64,000 nucleotides of DNA, from assembly GCF_009914755.1 (NCBI RefSeq), contig NC_060930.1; one strand, given 5' to 3'. The position numbers and the translations under genes were made by a program. This DNA comes from the human T2T-CHM13v2.0 reference genome, Homo sapiens. The notes under the pieces were generated by a model that did not search any database, had not been told where the DNA came from, and worked only from the letters and a program-made list of their open reading frames with translations. Below, in pieces: positions 27,345 through 41,314 of the stretch. Numbering within the stretch: position 1 is the stretch's first letter; each line of letters begins with the position of its first letter.

Positions 27345-28255
27345 TTTTATTGTATTTTTAAAAATTTCCTTTTAAATTTAAGATTCAGGGGGTACATGTG
27401 CAGGTTTGTCACAAGGGTATATTGTGTGATGCTGAGAGTTGGGTGTCTGCTGATCTCATCACCCAGATGGTGAATATAATACCCAATAGGAAGTTTTTCA
27501 GCCCTTGCCCCTCCTCTTCCCTCCCCAGTCTAGTAGTCCCCAGTGTCTGTTGTGCCAATGGTTATGTCCATGTGAACCCAAGATTTAGCTCCCACTTATA
27601 AGAACATGCGATATTTGGTTTCCTGTTTCTGTGTTAATTCGCTTAGAATAACAGCCTCCAGCTGCATCCATGTTGTTGCAAAAGACATTATTTCATTCTT
27701 TTTTTTATGGCTGTACAGTATTCCATGGTGTATATGTACCACATGTTCTTTATCCAGCCCACCACTGATGGGCACTTGAGCTAATTCCATGTCTTAGCTG
27801 TTGTGAATAGTACTCTGATAAACATACTAGTGCAGGTGTCCTTTTGGTAGACCGATTTATTTTCCTTTGAGTATATACCCAGAAATGGTATTGCTGGGTT
27901 AAATGGTAGTTCTGTTTTTAGTTGTTTGATGATCTCTAAACTGCTTTCCTCAAGGGCTGAATTAATTTGCATTACCACCAACAGTGTATAAGTGTTCTCT
28001 TTTTCTCTGCAACCTCACCAAAATCTGTTATTTTTGACTTTTTAATAATAGCCATTCTGACTGTTGTGAGATGGTATCTCATTGTGATTTTGATTTTCAT
28101 CTCTCTGATGATTAGAGATGTTGAGAGTTTTGTCATATGTTTGTTGGCTGTGTGTATGTCTTCTTTTGAGAAGTGTCTGTTCATGTCCTTTACCCACTTT
28201 TTAATGGTTGTTTGTTTTTATTTCTTGCTGGTTTGTTTGAGTTTCTTACATATTC
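27345..28255 (-). mobile_element. L1PA (older, PA15/16-like) 3' end with ORF2 C-terminal remnant
   Basis: ORF 27972-28184 reads [17 protein letters not shown]...[17 protein letters not shown] (L1 ORF2p C-terminus); L1PA 3'UTR ggggtacatgtgcaggtttgt. Confidence 0.93.
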
Positions 28256-28995
28256 TGGTATGCTGAAGTATTTTAAAGAAAAACACAGACATCATAACAA
28301 CACCCACTCGATGGATTATATGCAGCTGCATTTTCTACTAAACATCAGTTCTCCTGGAGCAGGCAAGCACATTAGAAAACAAAACACTTGAGGGAATGAT
28401 ATTACATTAATCTCCAACACTGGAGCTTGTTTCAGCTATGGACTAAGGGAGAATATAAATTTTGTTGTTGCACTTCATTCTTTTTCCATTTCTGATATAA
28501 ACTTGGCAAGAAGTCTGTGCACTCCTGATCATCACTAACTAAGGTGCCTTGATCCATTGGAAGTTCTTCATCTTTTCTCAGTGGCATTAGCAGAAAATTG
28601 ATGTTTCATACATGGCATTAGTTGGAGCATAATGCCATCTGTCAAGCAGAGGCATACTCTTTATTTCATTACTGTACTCCCAGGTTGACTAAAGGAAGAA
28701 ACTAGTCTCTCTCTTTCTCTTCCTCTCTCTTCCTTTCTCTGTTCCCACTTCTTGCTTCTCTTTTCTATATCCTGCATTGTTATAAAATTTTTCTTCTAAT
28801 AAGATAATTGATAGCTTGGTTCTTTGTAAAAACAAGATTGAGCTATTTTTACAAAGAAAGCTGGTTAAATTTCCATTATTCCATGCCCTAAGAAAGATCT
28901 TCCAACTATAGCAGCTTCTGTTGTTTCTGCTACATGTTTTAAATGTTCTGCACCTACAGGTTACCCCTTGGCCAATAACATGGAATCTGGGTTAG

Positions 28996-29303
<308 letters not shown>

Positions 29304-31730
29304 TGTCTCAGAGATTTTTCTTGGCGTCTTTGTTTCCTTCCACCAGGTGTTATAGATCATTAGTTCCCACAGGCAGGCACTTAAACAATCAGGTTGCTTT
29401 TGGTCATTTATTTATTCTTTCACTCATTCATTAAATATTTACTGATCATATCTGCTCAAGACGAGGAGAATACACATATAAATGAGGGAAATACACCATC
29501 TAACCACAACGAGAGAGTTATTAACAGCTTTTTAACAGTAGTGCTTGAATACTTCTCTGGCGCTCTTTCCCCTACAATATTGAGCATCTAGTGAATGGCA
29601 GGCATGTTAATTCCCCTTCAAAAAGCTATGGGTTGAGACAGTAAACCTAGGGACTAGAATTAACCTTAGCCTTTTTTTCCTCCTCCCTCCCTCCATCTCT
29701 TCTCCTCTTCCTCTTTCTCTTCCTTCCTCTCTTCCATCCATCCTTCTTTCCTTTCTTTTTAAAAAATCTGGTTTTAGGACTGGACTAAGAACTCAGTTAA
29801 GTGAAGCAAGCAAGAATTTCCCAAGTGATGCCAACTCAAAATGAATTATATCAAGAAAGGAAAAGCAGCTTTTTCATCTGGAAAGAACTGGAGACCTTGA
29901 ACCTAGGCAGCATGTGCCTTGAACCTAGGATCAGTAAACAACAAGGATGGAAAAGACAGTAAGAATTTGGTCAGATCACCATATCTTTCCGTTGTGCCTT
30001 TAGAACAAAAGGAAAGAAAATATCTCTTTGGCTCACAGAGAAAATATGTTGAGAAATGAAGTACAACCCCTCACTGTGCTGGGCACAGAGCAGGTGCTCG
30101 GTAAATAAATAGTGTACGTGTTCGCTGAGTAACATTTGACTTGAATTGCCTTTAAGCACTTTGAATGATCCAGTGGTATTTATGGACCTCCCAGGCACAG
30201 CCCTGCACCAGCTTTCTCAGAGTAGTGTCTCCATACAGGCAAGCCTTTTAATCCCCAGTAAAACAAAAAGATGGCGATAAATATTCAGTATCTTAAAAAT
30301 TTAAGTAAATATGCAGTGTCCTACCTCTCACTCACATCGCAAATGATCTTAGTTTGTTCCTTGGAGAGGAACCAAATGCTTTAGTGGATGGTAGCACATT
30401 CTCTCTCCCTTTGCTTGTATAGACCTGACCTAACTTAAAAATAAATGTTTAGTTAAGATGATCTCCAGCTTAACCTCTCTGAAGGCATAGGAAGCTGGAT
30501 CAGGTGTAGCTGTCCCTGGCTATAGGTTGGAGTATCTTGATGTAGGTGAAGCAGTGTTCCTAAGGGGAAGTCCTTCCTTGTTCACCAACTGGTTGTGTTC
30601 ATGCCTTTTAGTATTTGCCCAAGTATTCACCAAGTCAAAGTCTGTGGGGTAATAGGTACATTGAATAATAGGGATTGGATTTTAATTTTTCTCTTAAACT
30701 AATGTGACACATTGAGATGCTTGTAACTGATGAGTGAGTTTGGTTCAGCATTCAGTATGGCTAATGATAACAATTTGTAAAAAGCATGTAGGGGTATTCA
30801 CTGGGATAGACTGATGGCTGTGCTTATGAAATGTGGCTGTTCCCTTTCATTTTCCTGGAGTAATCTAGTTCAAAAGCTTTCAGGTTGTGTATAGGTAAAT
30901 TGACTTATCAAGAACCAGTGAAAGGAGGATGATATTGGTATTTAAATCCTATCTCTTATTTAATATGTAAACTTAGGGAAACATCTTCCCCTCCTTTAGA
31001 ATTAATTTCTTAATCTTGTAAAACTGTGACACCAGGGTTTTCCCTGGTGTCCTCGGATTGTCAGTAAGGCTAAAAGTAGAGAATATGCCCCAAATTCTAA
31101 GCCCCAATAACTGCAGCTACTGGGGCCCACTAGCTCCTTGCAGGGTTTTCTGAGAGGCATTATTCCAACAGGCTTGAACACACTGCTTCACTGTCGCTTG
31201 ATCCCTGCTGACCTTAGAAAACTGAGAAGAGAGTCATCTGGGGGAAGAAAAGTGTTCATTTCCCCTCTTCATCTCCTCTGTTAGAGGCAAGAAGGGGAAG
31301 TCCAAGAGAATCATTCATAAATGTGGGGGTGGCCAAAAAGGGCAGGCAGACACTTCATTCCATGGTTGAGTGCCTGCTTAGTTAGCAGAGCTGGTGGCCT
31401 GCCTTTGAACTGCTAGGGGTGTGTGTGTGTGTATGTGTGCGTTCACACATGGGCACGTATGTGTGACCTTGAGTTTAAAAAAAGTTAATGGCAGCTACTT
31501 ATAGGATAACTTGAAATCAGGAGAGACTGGGGTAGGATCGAGGTGGTGAGGAAACACAGGGTCACCAACTTGCATGTTGGGAAAAGGACTATCAGGTGGA
31601 GAGGTCACCAGGATTTCTCACTGCCCCCCCTTCCCCGCCCCCATTAACATAGGCCCCTTTTCAAGAGATACTGACATGGCTTTTCCTTGCAGACTTAGGA
31701 ACTGGCCACAGGGTATAGATGAGGTTGCAG

Positions 31731-32096
31731 TGTTAAATAATTAAATGGGGGTCATTAGACTGAGGTGACTCTAATGCCCTGGGTTCCTATGTAAGCAAAC
31801 CTAAATCTAACTCAGAATTTAAAAGAAAATAAAACTTAAGTTCATTCAATCACAGGCAGCCAAATGGGCATTAGCTGTATTGTCTTAAACTTCCCACTGG
31901 GCTAGTTCAAATAAGGCAGTTGCTCAAACTTCAACCAATCAAACAATTTCTTTGATTCACCTCATAAAAACGTCCCCTCATGTCTCTTTGTCAAAGCTCT
32001 GAATTACCTCTGGTTTGGAGCTGCCTGATTCATGAATTGCCATGTGCTCTAATAAACTCTTTAAAATTTTAACATGCCAGAGGTTTTCCTATAACA
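31731..32096 (+). mobile_element. ERV1 solo LTR (MER57/MER93 group)
   Basis: tgttaaataattaaatgggggtcattagactgagg...CCAAT...aataaactctttaaaatttt...aaca. Confidence 0.8.
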
Positions 32097-33324
32097 GGGG
32101 CAATTATCTCTAGAGCAATTCCCCAGTGAGGGACAAAGAAATGTGATGCAATAATGTCAGCTGGGGTCAGCCAGAGATGTGGCCAAATTTCTCAAGGAGC
32201 TTCCAGTGTCAAGAGCTGCTTCATGGAGGGAGCATGTTGGAGAAGGTGAAGCATGGTGGAGCCACAGACAAGCAGAGGGGGCTGTGCAGGAGAGGTCTGC
32301 AACCTCACTGTCCTGCCCCAATACTCAAGGAATAGCTCAGGGAAGAGGGAGGAAAGGGAAAGCATGTGATAAAGACTACACCCCTGGCTAGGGAAAGGGA
32401 AAGGAAGTTTTGAATGAGATACAACATGCAATCTAAATGAAACAAAGAGACTAAGAAAACATGGAATAGGGCTCAGGTGTTGTTAGGGAGGATTTGATCT
32501 GGGATTATTGGGGACAGTTATTGGAAGAAAATAAAATTTGTATTTATAGCTGAATGAATTGAGACTCTTTAATACCACCTCCCTGATTATAGTCCACTGT
32601 TCTTTCTGCCATATGGTGCTTTACCGCTGACGTTCTCTAAATGTCTTCACTCTCATAACCTCATCCTGTTCATAGCATCTTGAATATTTGATCCTACACC
32701 TCAATTTTACAAACTCTTGGAATTTGTGTCAAATCTTGCCTCTTCCCAGAAGTCTTCCTTAATAACCCCAGGTCCACATTCCTCCCTGTCTTTCCCCCAT
32801 TGCCCTCCACCATTTCAGCATTTTCTAGAATCCATCCTTGCTTTTCATTCCAATCTTCCACGCCCTAGTTCAGGATCCCATCCAATCCTCCTTCTGCATG
32901 GTTGCCACACACTGCCTGAGGACAACTGGCTGAGGCCCTGCTGCATTTGGCAAGCCACCTGCTCTGAAACAGGGTGGTGTCAACCCAGAGGGGCACCATT
33001 TTCTCAATTGCCCAAGGGCTGTCTTAGTTCACCAGGTGTGCATGGGGTCCTGTAGGCTCAGAGGGAGTGTCTTTTCCTAAGTTGCACGAAGGTGACACTG
33101 TATTTCCTAACCACCTCGATCCCACCCCAGTCTCTTCTCATTTCAAGTTGTCCTATACATAGCTGACATTAATTTTTTTTTAAACTCAAGCAAATCTCCT
33201 TTTCTACGTAAAAGCCACACTCTAGGGCATCATCAATATCATGTGTATTGGGAACTGTCGAAGGGCTAGGATGAAACAGCCTGGATGTGGACTGTGAAGA
33301 GAAATAAAAAGTTTCCTAGCACCA

Positions 33325-33485
33325 CGAATCTCAAACCTTCATGTGCACACAAATCACTATTGGATCTCATTAAAATGAAGATTCTGATTCAGAAGGTCTG
33401 AGTGAGACCTGAGATTCTGAATTTCTAGCAAGTGCCCAGGTGATGCTGAAGATGTTAGTCCAAGGACAACACTGTAAGTAGCAGT
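33325..33485. mobile_element. MER5A/B MITE
   Basis: gattctgattcagaaggtctg...gagattctgaatttctagcaagtgcccaggtgatgctga. Confidence 0.8.
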
Positions 33486-33547
33486 AAGTAACATTTAATT
33501 TAATACACTGTGAGTAGCATTTAATTTTCACAAAAATCCCTATAGGG

Positions 33548-33826
33548 TTATTATTATTATTATTGTTATTATTGCAATTTTTTAGAGACAAGTTCTTGCT
33601 CTCTTACCCAGGCTGCAATACAGTGGTATGATCCTGGGCTCAAGCTATCTGCCCTCCTGAGTAATTGGGACTATGAGTGGGCACCACCATGCCACCATGC
33701 CTGGCTAATTTTTTTATTTTTAATTTTTTGTAAAGATGGGGTCTCCCCGTGTTGCCCAGGATGGTCTTGAACTCCTGGGTTCAAGCAATTCATCTGCCTT
33801 GACCTCTCGAAGTGCTGGGATTATGG
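33548..33826 (-). mobile_element. AluJ with internal deletion
   Basis: (TTA)n tail, gttgcccaggatggtcttgaactcctgggttcaagc. Confidence 0.9.
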
Positions 33827-34168
33827 GAATAGGGATTTAAATTCATGTCTGCCTGATTGAAGACTCCTTTTTAGCCACTATGGTGTATTCCCTCTAGAAG
33901 GACTGGAGAGGAGAGAATGGACTTGAGGGAAGAATTTCATTCAGGAAGTAAAACAAGAAAACTTGGGGATGGGTTGGCCTTGATCTTCTCAGTGGAGTTG
34001 GTGAGAAGGTCACTTAGCTCTGGTGGTGGGAATGAAAGGCCTAAGTGATCTGGGGGAATTGGGGCTAGCTGCAGAGGGCCATGTGCTGGAGGAAGAGCAA
34101 AAAGGGCTGCCAGTAGAAGGGAGCGCCCAGATAAAGCTGGGAGGATTGAACTTGCCAAAGCACTAAAT

Positions 34169-34330
34169 CAGTGGTTTCCAAACTTCACAGTAGAATCACT
34201 TGGGGATCTTTTAAAAGTTCAGGTTATTCCCCAGGCCAATTAAGTCACAATCTCAGGCAAGGACACAAACATCAATAATTTTTGAAGCTACCCAGTAATT
34301 CCAAAGTACAGATTATTTTGGGAACCAGTG
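34169..34330. mobile_element. MER5A1-like MITE
   Basis: TIRs cagtggtttccaaa / tttgggaaccagtg. Confidence 0.75.
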
Positions 34331-34427
34331 CTGCAGATGATTAGGTTATAGTGTTAAAGGGGCAAATCTTGCATTATTTTAAATAACCCAAGGAGCATTG
34401 AATAATGGTTTTGGCATTTTGCATAGT

Positions 34428-34760
34428 TCGGAGTTTGGCAAACTTTTTCTGTATTAAGTCAAATGGAAAAAAAAAAAATTAAGCTTTGTGGGCCAAGAGG
34501 CAAAATTGAGAGTATCATGTAAGTACTTACATAATAGGAGAAGAAAACAGATTTCCACAAAATTTTTATTGATGAAATTTGAAACTTTATGAATACTGAA
34601 CTTGGAATTTTATATAATTTTATGTGTTATAAAATGTTAGAATTCTTTTGATTTTTGCAGTCATTTAAAAATGTAAAAATAATTCTCAGCTTTCAGGCCG
34701 TACAAAAACAGGCAGTGGCTGGGTTTGGCCCCCACTATGTTATAATTTGCTGACTCCTAG
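34428..34760 (+). mobile_element. MER58-type hAT-Charlie element
   Basis: ttggcaaactttttctgta...gctttgtgggcca...gccgtacaaaaacaggcagtggc...tttgctgactcct. Confidence 0.8.
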
Positions 34761-36257
34761 TGTAGTTAGTGATATACCTTGTGATGAATCCAAAGAAGCC
34801 ATCAAAAATATGCATCTCCATAAAAATAAATCAGCATTCAAATGAGTGCTTGATTGACCTACAACAAAACTGGCCTTTGAAAAAAATCATTGCATTTTCT
34901 ATGGACAAAGTGCAAAATGAATGACAACACTTTGAGGCAAAGGCTACTTTAACTCATATTTCCATAATAAATAAAAAAATAGCTGGTTGAAAACATGGAT
35001 GACCTACACAGAGTCTACTATATAGAGTACTGTTTTCTGTAAATAACTCAAAATACTTTCAAAATATCTTTTAAAAGTATAAATAGTATTTTGATTTATT
35101 TTGAAACCATTTTGGTGTTTCACCAGATGTCAGTTCTCCTCAAGGCCTCAAATTATTAAAGATTCCTAGCTGTTGAGTACAGCTCCCTTGCGTTTGTAAT
35201 GTCTACATTTGGATACCAGGATTATAGGTTAAAAAAATGGCAATTTTCTGGAAATGTTGTTTATGTAATCAGGTGGATAATCTGAAATACTTTAGAGAGG
35301 CTATAGAAATCCCTCTACTGTCTTTGGGCATTTTACATCCAGAACCTTCTGAATTATTGCATTAATAACTTCAATAGTTTCTGATTAGCAAAAAGCACAG
35401 TGAGGAAAACAAAATTAAAGAGAAAAAGGAATTTTAGCACCTGCAGGTCTAAATATTGTATTTGTAATTTATTTACTAATGGATAGTTGTTTTTTTTTTC
35501 TCTTATGTATAGAAAATTTCGAATGGAACCAGAGGTTACCAGAAACGTGCCCCATTTGTAGTTTCTCTGCTTTGAGAATTTGCCAGGCGTTGAGGGGAGC
35601 CCTCTGCTGTTAGTTTTATTTATTACAGTAAAATTTGAATTACATTTGTTTTATGCCCTTCCTTGAACCTTCTCAGGTTTTTGATGTTTCTGTTATGATT
35701 GTACATTTTACATAACAAAGAAAACATAAATTCCACGATGCCAGTTGGCATAGTTAATAATCCATCAATTCTGCCCTTTTTGAACTATATCATAGCATTG
35801 AAAAATCTGGCGGTTTCCAATTTCCATGTTAGAGTAGGGTTTTGACCTCTATTTCACTTTCAAATGGGTCTCCTTGGCAGAATAACTCGGCTTTCTCGAT
35901 TAATTTTACTGTTCACCCCCTTAACAGTGAATATGGAGGTTTAAACCTGATGCTTTAGAAGGTAATTGTACAGTTTTCGGAGAGTCAGAGGAAACTGACT
36001 CTCCCCTGCTCCTTAATTGCCCTTGTTACATTCTCTCATCCACTAACTGTGAATGCTCCTTGAATCTTACTTCTAGGACCTCTAATTTTGTTGTTGTCAT
36101 TGTTGTTATTTTTACATTTGTTGCATCTGTGGACTCATCTATTGTCACAATCCTAGTTATAATGTCTAAATTAGTAACCTCTTAAGCTGTGTTGTCTTGG
36201 AGACTAGGCAGGAAACAAACATTTATTGGGTGCCTGCTACTTGAGCACAGTGGTAAC

Positions 36258-36470
36258 ATATATATACATATATATACACATACATATATATACATATATA
36301 CATACACATACATATATACATATATACATATACGTGTATATATACATATATACGTGTATATATACATATATACGTGTATATATACATATATACGTATATA
36401 TACAAGTATACATATGTGTGTGTAATATATAGAAAATATATACATAAATATAATATATAAGCATATATAG
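36258..36470. repeat. (TA/CA)-rich microsatellite containing a 20-bp higher-order unit
   Basis: tacgtgtatatatacatata repeated about 3.5 times at 36331-36400. Confidence 0.95.
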
Positions 36471-36619
36471 ATGTATTTTATCTAGCCCTTTTTTCCAACT
36501 TTTTTTCCAAATACTATATGTCCCCACAGTTGTCTTGGTCATTTCCCTTCCTAAGCAAAACTCTCTCTTTGCCCATCTTCTTTTCCTGGCATCAGAGTAT
36601 CTCCACTTCCTGGTGCTCA

Positions 36620-37140
36620 ACACTTGGGAACAAGATTTTCAGCATTTCTGATTTGAAATTTACTTCTTTTATTGTCTCTTTTTTTTTTATCCCCACTACC
36701 ATCATAAAGGCCTCGTCACTTCACATCTGGATGGCTGTTTTCTCATTTTAACTATTTTTTCTGGCATCTTTTCCTTCTATCTGTTCAGCATGTACTCATC
36801 ATACCCCTTTTTTTAAAGAACACTCTTTAATCATTTCCCTCTCCCTTGTAAAATAACTGCAATGCATCTCCATTGCTCAAAGGTTCAGTTTGAAAAATTT
36901 CACCCTGATATTCTAGGCCCTTCAAATCCTGATTTGATTTATCTAGCCTAATACCCTGCTCCTAACAATGCTTATTCCAATCAGGTCGGCCTCCTTCCTG
37001 CCCATACCAGGCTGGCACTCCTACCTCAGTACTTTCTCATCCTCTTCTGTCTGAAATGTTTTCTTTCTCTCTACCTGCCAATATCCAACTCCCATTTGAA
37101 ATACAAATATTTCCATCAAATCTTCTTTAATAATCCAGCC
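36620..37140 (+). mobile_element. L2 fragment
   Basis: atccccactaccatc...ctgcaatgcatctccattgctc...ctgtctgaaatgttttc. Confidence 0.55.
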
Positions 37141-37319
37141 AACATTGGTATAATCCTTTCTCAGTTACCTGTTTGGCGTTTATTATTAGTATGATGCATT
37201 ATAGTATTTTATTGTATTTATGTATTAATCTTATTAGTATTTAATTTGTGTATATTCTCTTGAGTACTCTTAATTGTTCCTTCAGCTTATCCCAACTGTA
37301 TGTTTCTGATGATAAGAAT

Positions 37320-37500
37320 ATAGTCTAGAATTTCACTCTGGGATACCATACTGGGTTTAGTCAATTAAGCTCTCTGAAATTAATTTTCTTCTTTTGTAAG
37401 ATGGAGATAATAATACCCCTCTACCTGTCTCATTTTGACACTTGAGGTTAAAAATAGTATGAAGAAATGCTTCAAAGTTTTCAAACTAATTTATTACCAT
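37320..37500 (+). mobile_element. MIR, degenerate
   Basis: aagctctctgaaattaattttcttcttttgtaagatggagataataatacc. Confidence 0.55.
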
Positions 37501-37564
37501 GGTGGTGATGATGATGATGATCCAGAATGTATTTTCCCCCTTGAGATACCACCTAATATAGGGT

Positions 37565-38186
37565 TGTAGGGGTGGAGAGGATATGATCTCTTTCCTCCTT
37601 ATCATAAAGGGTCATGACTGACACCCCATAACAACAAAAAACAGGTTAATCAAAGAAAAGCATAACAAGTTTATTATAGTCCTATTATGTGCACACATGT
37701 GTATGGGAGTCATATAAAATATGAACTCAAGGAGGGACCAGATGGTTTAGGCTTAAGTGCCCTCTTCATAAGGGAGAGGGAAGTAAGATGTATCGGAGTA
37801 AGTGATTTTCAGGGGAAACAAAAGGCCCAGTGCTCAGACAATGGTCCACAGAAACAGCCTCTTAGGTAATCTCTTGAAGCTGCCTTCAGATGAATTGATG
37901 AAGTCTGTCTGGGTATGGTGATGACTCCCAGTCTTCTCTGTCCTCCAGTAGTTGATCTTTCCAGGTTATTTGATGAGATCTCTAGGGAATGAGTCTTGAG
38001 ACAATTGCATTTCTTTTGGAAAGAAGCTTTCTTGGTCAGACAAGAAAATTTCAGAAAGAGTCCCTCATTGACTTGTAGGGTGAGGAAAAGACAAGGTTGA
38101 ATGGACCTTGATTCTGAGGCAGCTTTTAAGGCCTCCCAGCAGGCCAAAGCACCAGTCTTTGGGGTATCACATTCTGAGGCCCAAAA
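37565..38186 (-). mobile_element. ERV1 solo LTR (MER31/MER67 group)
   Basis: Reverse strand starts ttttgggcctcagaatgtgataccccaaagactggtgctttgg; perfect 4-bp TSD GGGT (37561 / 38187). Confidence 0.8.
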
Positions 38187-39509
38187 GGGTCATAGAGTTC
38201 CTTTCTGAGGATAGAGGTTGTAACCAAAGATGGTCACTACCACCATGAGGAAGAAACATCATCTCTCTGAAGGCATATCTGATCTGCCAGAGTTCAAGAT
38301 CAAAGTCAGTACCTTCACCTTAACTTTTACCCCCACCTGTAGCCTATGATGCTGCCAATTTCCCTTCACACAAAAGCTTGTGAACTATTGGTCTGCGCTT
38401 ATTGCTTATACTCTTGCAATCTGGGGTCAAAGCTCACAAGTACAAGAAATTTCTTCTAAAAGTGCTCAAAGACATTCTAATTGTTTAATCAGGTAGCTGC
38501 TTTTTGGTCATCTTCCTAGACCTTTCTGCAGCATTAGATGTCATTAAGAAGAGTTGTAATATAAGGTTTTAAGGAAAAGAGAGATGTTTCAATGAAAGGG
38601 ATAACAAAAGAAAAGACAGATTTGACTACATTGCATTTCCCCAAACTTAGAACATATTTACTATGTGTTTGGCAGCCATATCACTATTTCTAACATTAAA
38701 AACTCTGAATAATACAGAAAAGGATAAACACTGTAATAGAAAAATCGGCAAATGTCATGAACATACAAATCACAGAAAAGACATAAATGCACATACAATA
38801 TAATGTTCAACTTTAATAATTAAAAAGTATGTGGCCAGTTTTAGGTCCCACTTTTTTCTTTTGTAAATGTTTCAGGAGTATATTCAACTTCTTTTGAATA
38901 GTTTTCATAAAAAGTTCTGATTAACCTGCATGGAGTCCTTTTTCTTGAGCCCAAAATGGTGGATCATGCTCACTATGCTTGCTGGAATATGTCCACTGGG
39001 TACAAGTTTTCTTTTTTTTCCCCAAGAATGTGATGGAACACTTGTATCCTAGTAACAATCCAGATGATAGCACTATCTTGCAAAGACGTGTTTATATCAA
39101 GCTATGCTATGAATAAAGTATATATGCTCTCTCTCATTCAACAAAGAATAGAACCTAGGAGAGACAGACAAAATTGTGTTAGGTCTTGTTGAAAGAATGA
39201 GTAATGGGTTGTTTAGAAAGGCAAAGAATGGAACAATTATTTTCCATCTGAACATTGCTTATGTCAGTATTGCAGGTTTTTATCCTTGGTTCAAGGTTAC
39301 AAATCTTCCTCGGGATACATCAGCTGCCAGACATAAAGTCATATGCCATGCTGCGAAGAGTTTTTTTTACAGACTTCAACCTGTCTCCCCATCCCACACC
39401 CAATATTAAAATATGCCCTTTGGGACATGAGTCTAGAAAAATATCCCTTCTTTTAGAGCTAATCATTACAAATGGAGCGAATATTGCAAAAATCCTACAA
39501 ATGATCTCT

Positions 39510-39760
39510 TCTGCCCTTGCAACCAAGGCACTGTTACTGAGTGTAACATGCCATGCATGTTACATAAACAATTCATTTAACTTTGTGGGGCCTCTTCAGG
39601 ATAGGATAGGATAGGTATTTTTTTTCTCACATTTTGCAGAGAAAAATTGGTGCCTCAGATAAAATAAATAACTCACTGAAGTTTATATGCTACTAAGAGG
39701 GCTACTCTCAATTGAATTCAGTTATACCTGACTCCAGAACCCCTGATTCTTACCTCATTT
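39510..39760 (-). mobile_element. MIR
   Basis: ccaaggcactgttactgag...cacattttgcagag...ctgactccagaaccc. Confidence 0.6.
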
Positions 39761-40209
39761 TATTCTGTGTGTTTCTTTCAAAATGTAACTTTCATACCAT
39801 GTTCATTTTAAAATTAATGCAAGGCTTACCATGCTTCTTCAGTGGTATGGATTTGTATCCCATGTAAGATGCTTTGAAACTCTGTATATGGACACCATTC
39901 CTGATGGTTTCCACTTACCCTATAAAATGATCTACCTACTGCATCTGGAAGCACCTGGAAGTTCTTATCATGAGAAAGTTGAAGAATTCCCATTCTAAAA
40001 TGAAAAATAAAACAGGCTGTTAGACCTCAAAACGCAGTGTGATATTAGAATTATTAATGGTCACAGCTAGATGATCTGATAAACGGGAAGTTTATGTTAT
40101 GTTCTGAGTTCACACAGGAGGCTTTGTGGCAAGGTTCTGTAAACAACTCTTGCTCTGGAATATTTGTGAATGGCCATCCATACAATTGATATTGAATGCT
40201 CTTGCTTGA

Positions 40210-40516
<307 letters not shown>

Positions 40517-40644
40517 GTTTGACTTTTTTTCTGGGGAGCTGTCTTTAGTGTAGAGATTCTAGTGTCATTTGGACACTTTCGATTTATAATGAAGAGATCA
40601 GTGTCTTCACCAACCCATGGGTTGCCTAGTGAGGGCAAGGGAGG

Positions 40645-41144
40645 TATTAAGTTAAGTAAGCAGGAGGCCATTAGCCTGAGGCTGACTCCATACTTTGAGT
40701 TCCTACATAGCAAACCATAAACTGAATAAATAAACAAGCTAAAACCTAACATAAGAGTATAAAAAATGACGGAATTTTAGCCAATCACAGGAACCCCAGG
40801 TTTTAGCCAATCACAGTAGCCAACTCATCACATCATGCCCAAATAAGCCAAATGTCTCATCACACAATGTCCAAATAAGGCAGGTTGAGGTGGAAGGATT
40901 GCTTGAGCCCAGGAATTCAAAACTTCAGTGAGCTAGGATCATGCCACCGCACTCCAGACTGCGCAACAGAGCAAGACTCTGTCAAACAAACAAACAAACA
41001 AACAAACAACAGCTTACTGCTTACACTGCCAGGCAGAGTTCTTTGAACCTCTCTTCTGGTTCTCAGTGCTGTCCCATTCATGAATTGTTCTTGGCTCAAA
41101 TAAACTCCGTTAAATTTAATTTGTCAAAAATTTTTCTTTTAACA
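40645..41144 (+). mobile_element. ERV1 solo LTR (MER57/LTR54 group) with an Alu fragment inside
   Basis: gcaggaggccattagcctgaggctgactccatactttgagttcctac...agccaatcaca x2...aataaactccgttaaatttaat...aaca; near-TSD gagg/tagg. Confidence 0.8.
40882..41010 (+). mobile_element. Alu right-arm fragment (J/FRAM-like) with (AAAC)n tail
   Basis: gaggtggaaggattgcttgagcccagg...gcaagactctgtc(aaac)n. Confidence 0.88.
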
Positions 41145-41314
41145 TAGGATACAAGGGAAATTGTCTTTCTTCCTTTCCTAGAGCTCATGGTTATGGCAGG
41201 GGAGATGCCTCTGCTAGGTTCAAGTTTTGGCTTTGCTACTTGATAGCATGCTTGGTTCACTTAGTTATCTGATGAGATTTGTTCAGTCAGTAGCAAATTT
41301 AATCAAGGTAAATC

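Noticed and set aside
27596-28266. ORFs with L1 ORF2p similarity (also 43433-43906)
   Set aside because: Fragmented remnants of 5'-truncated L1 elements; not retrotransposition-competent.
36182-36623. Several overlapping Tyr/Ile/Val-rich ORFs (also 56920-57140)
   Set aside because: Artefacts of TA/CA microsatellites lacking stop codons.
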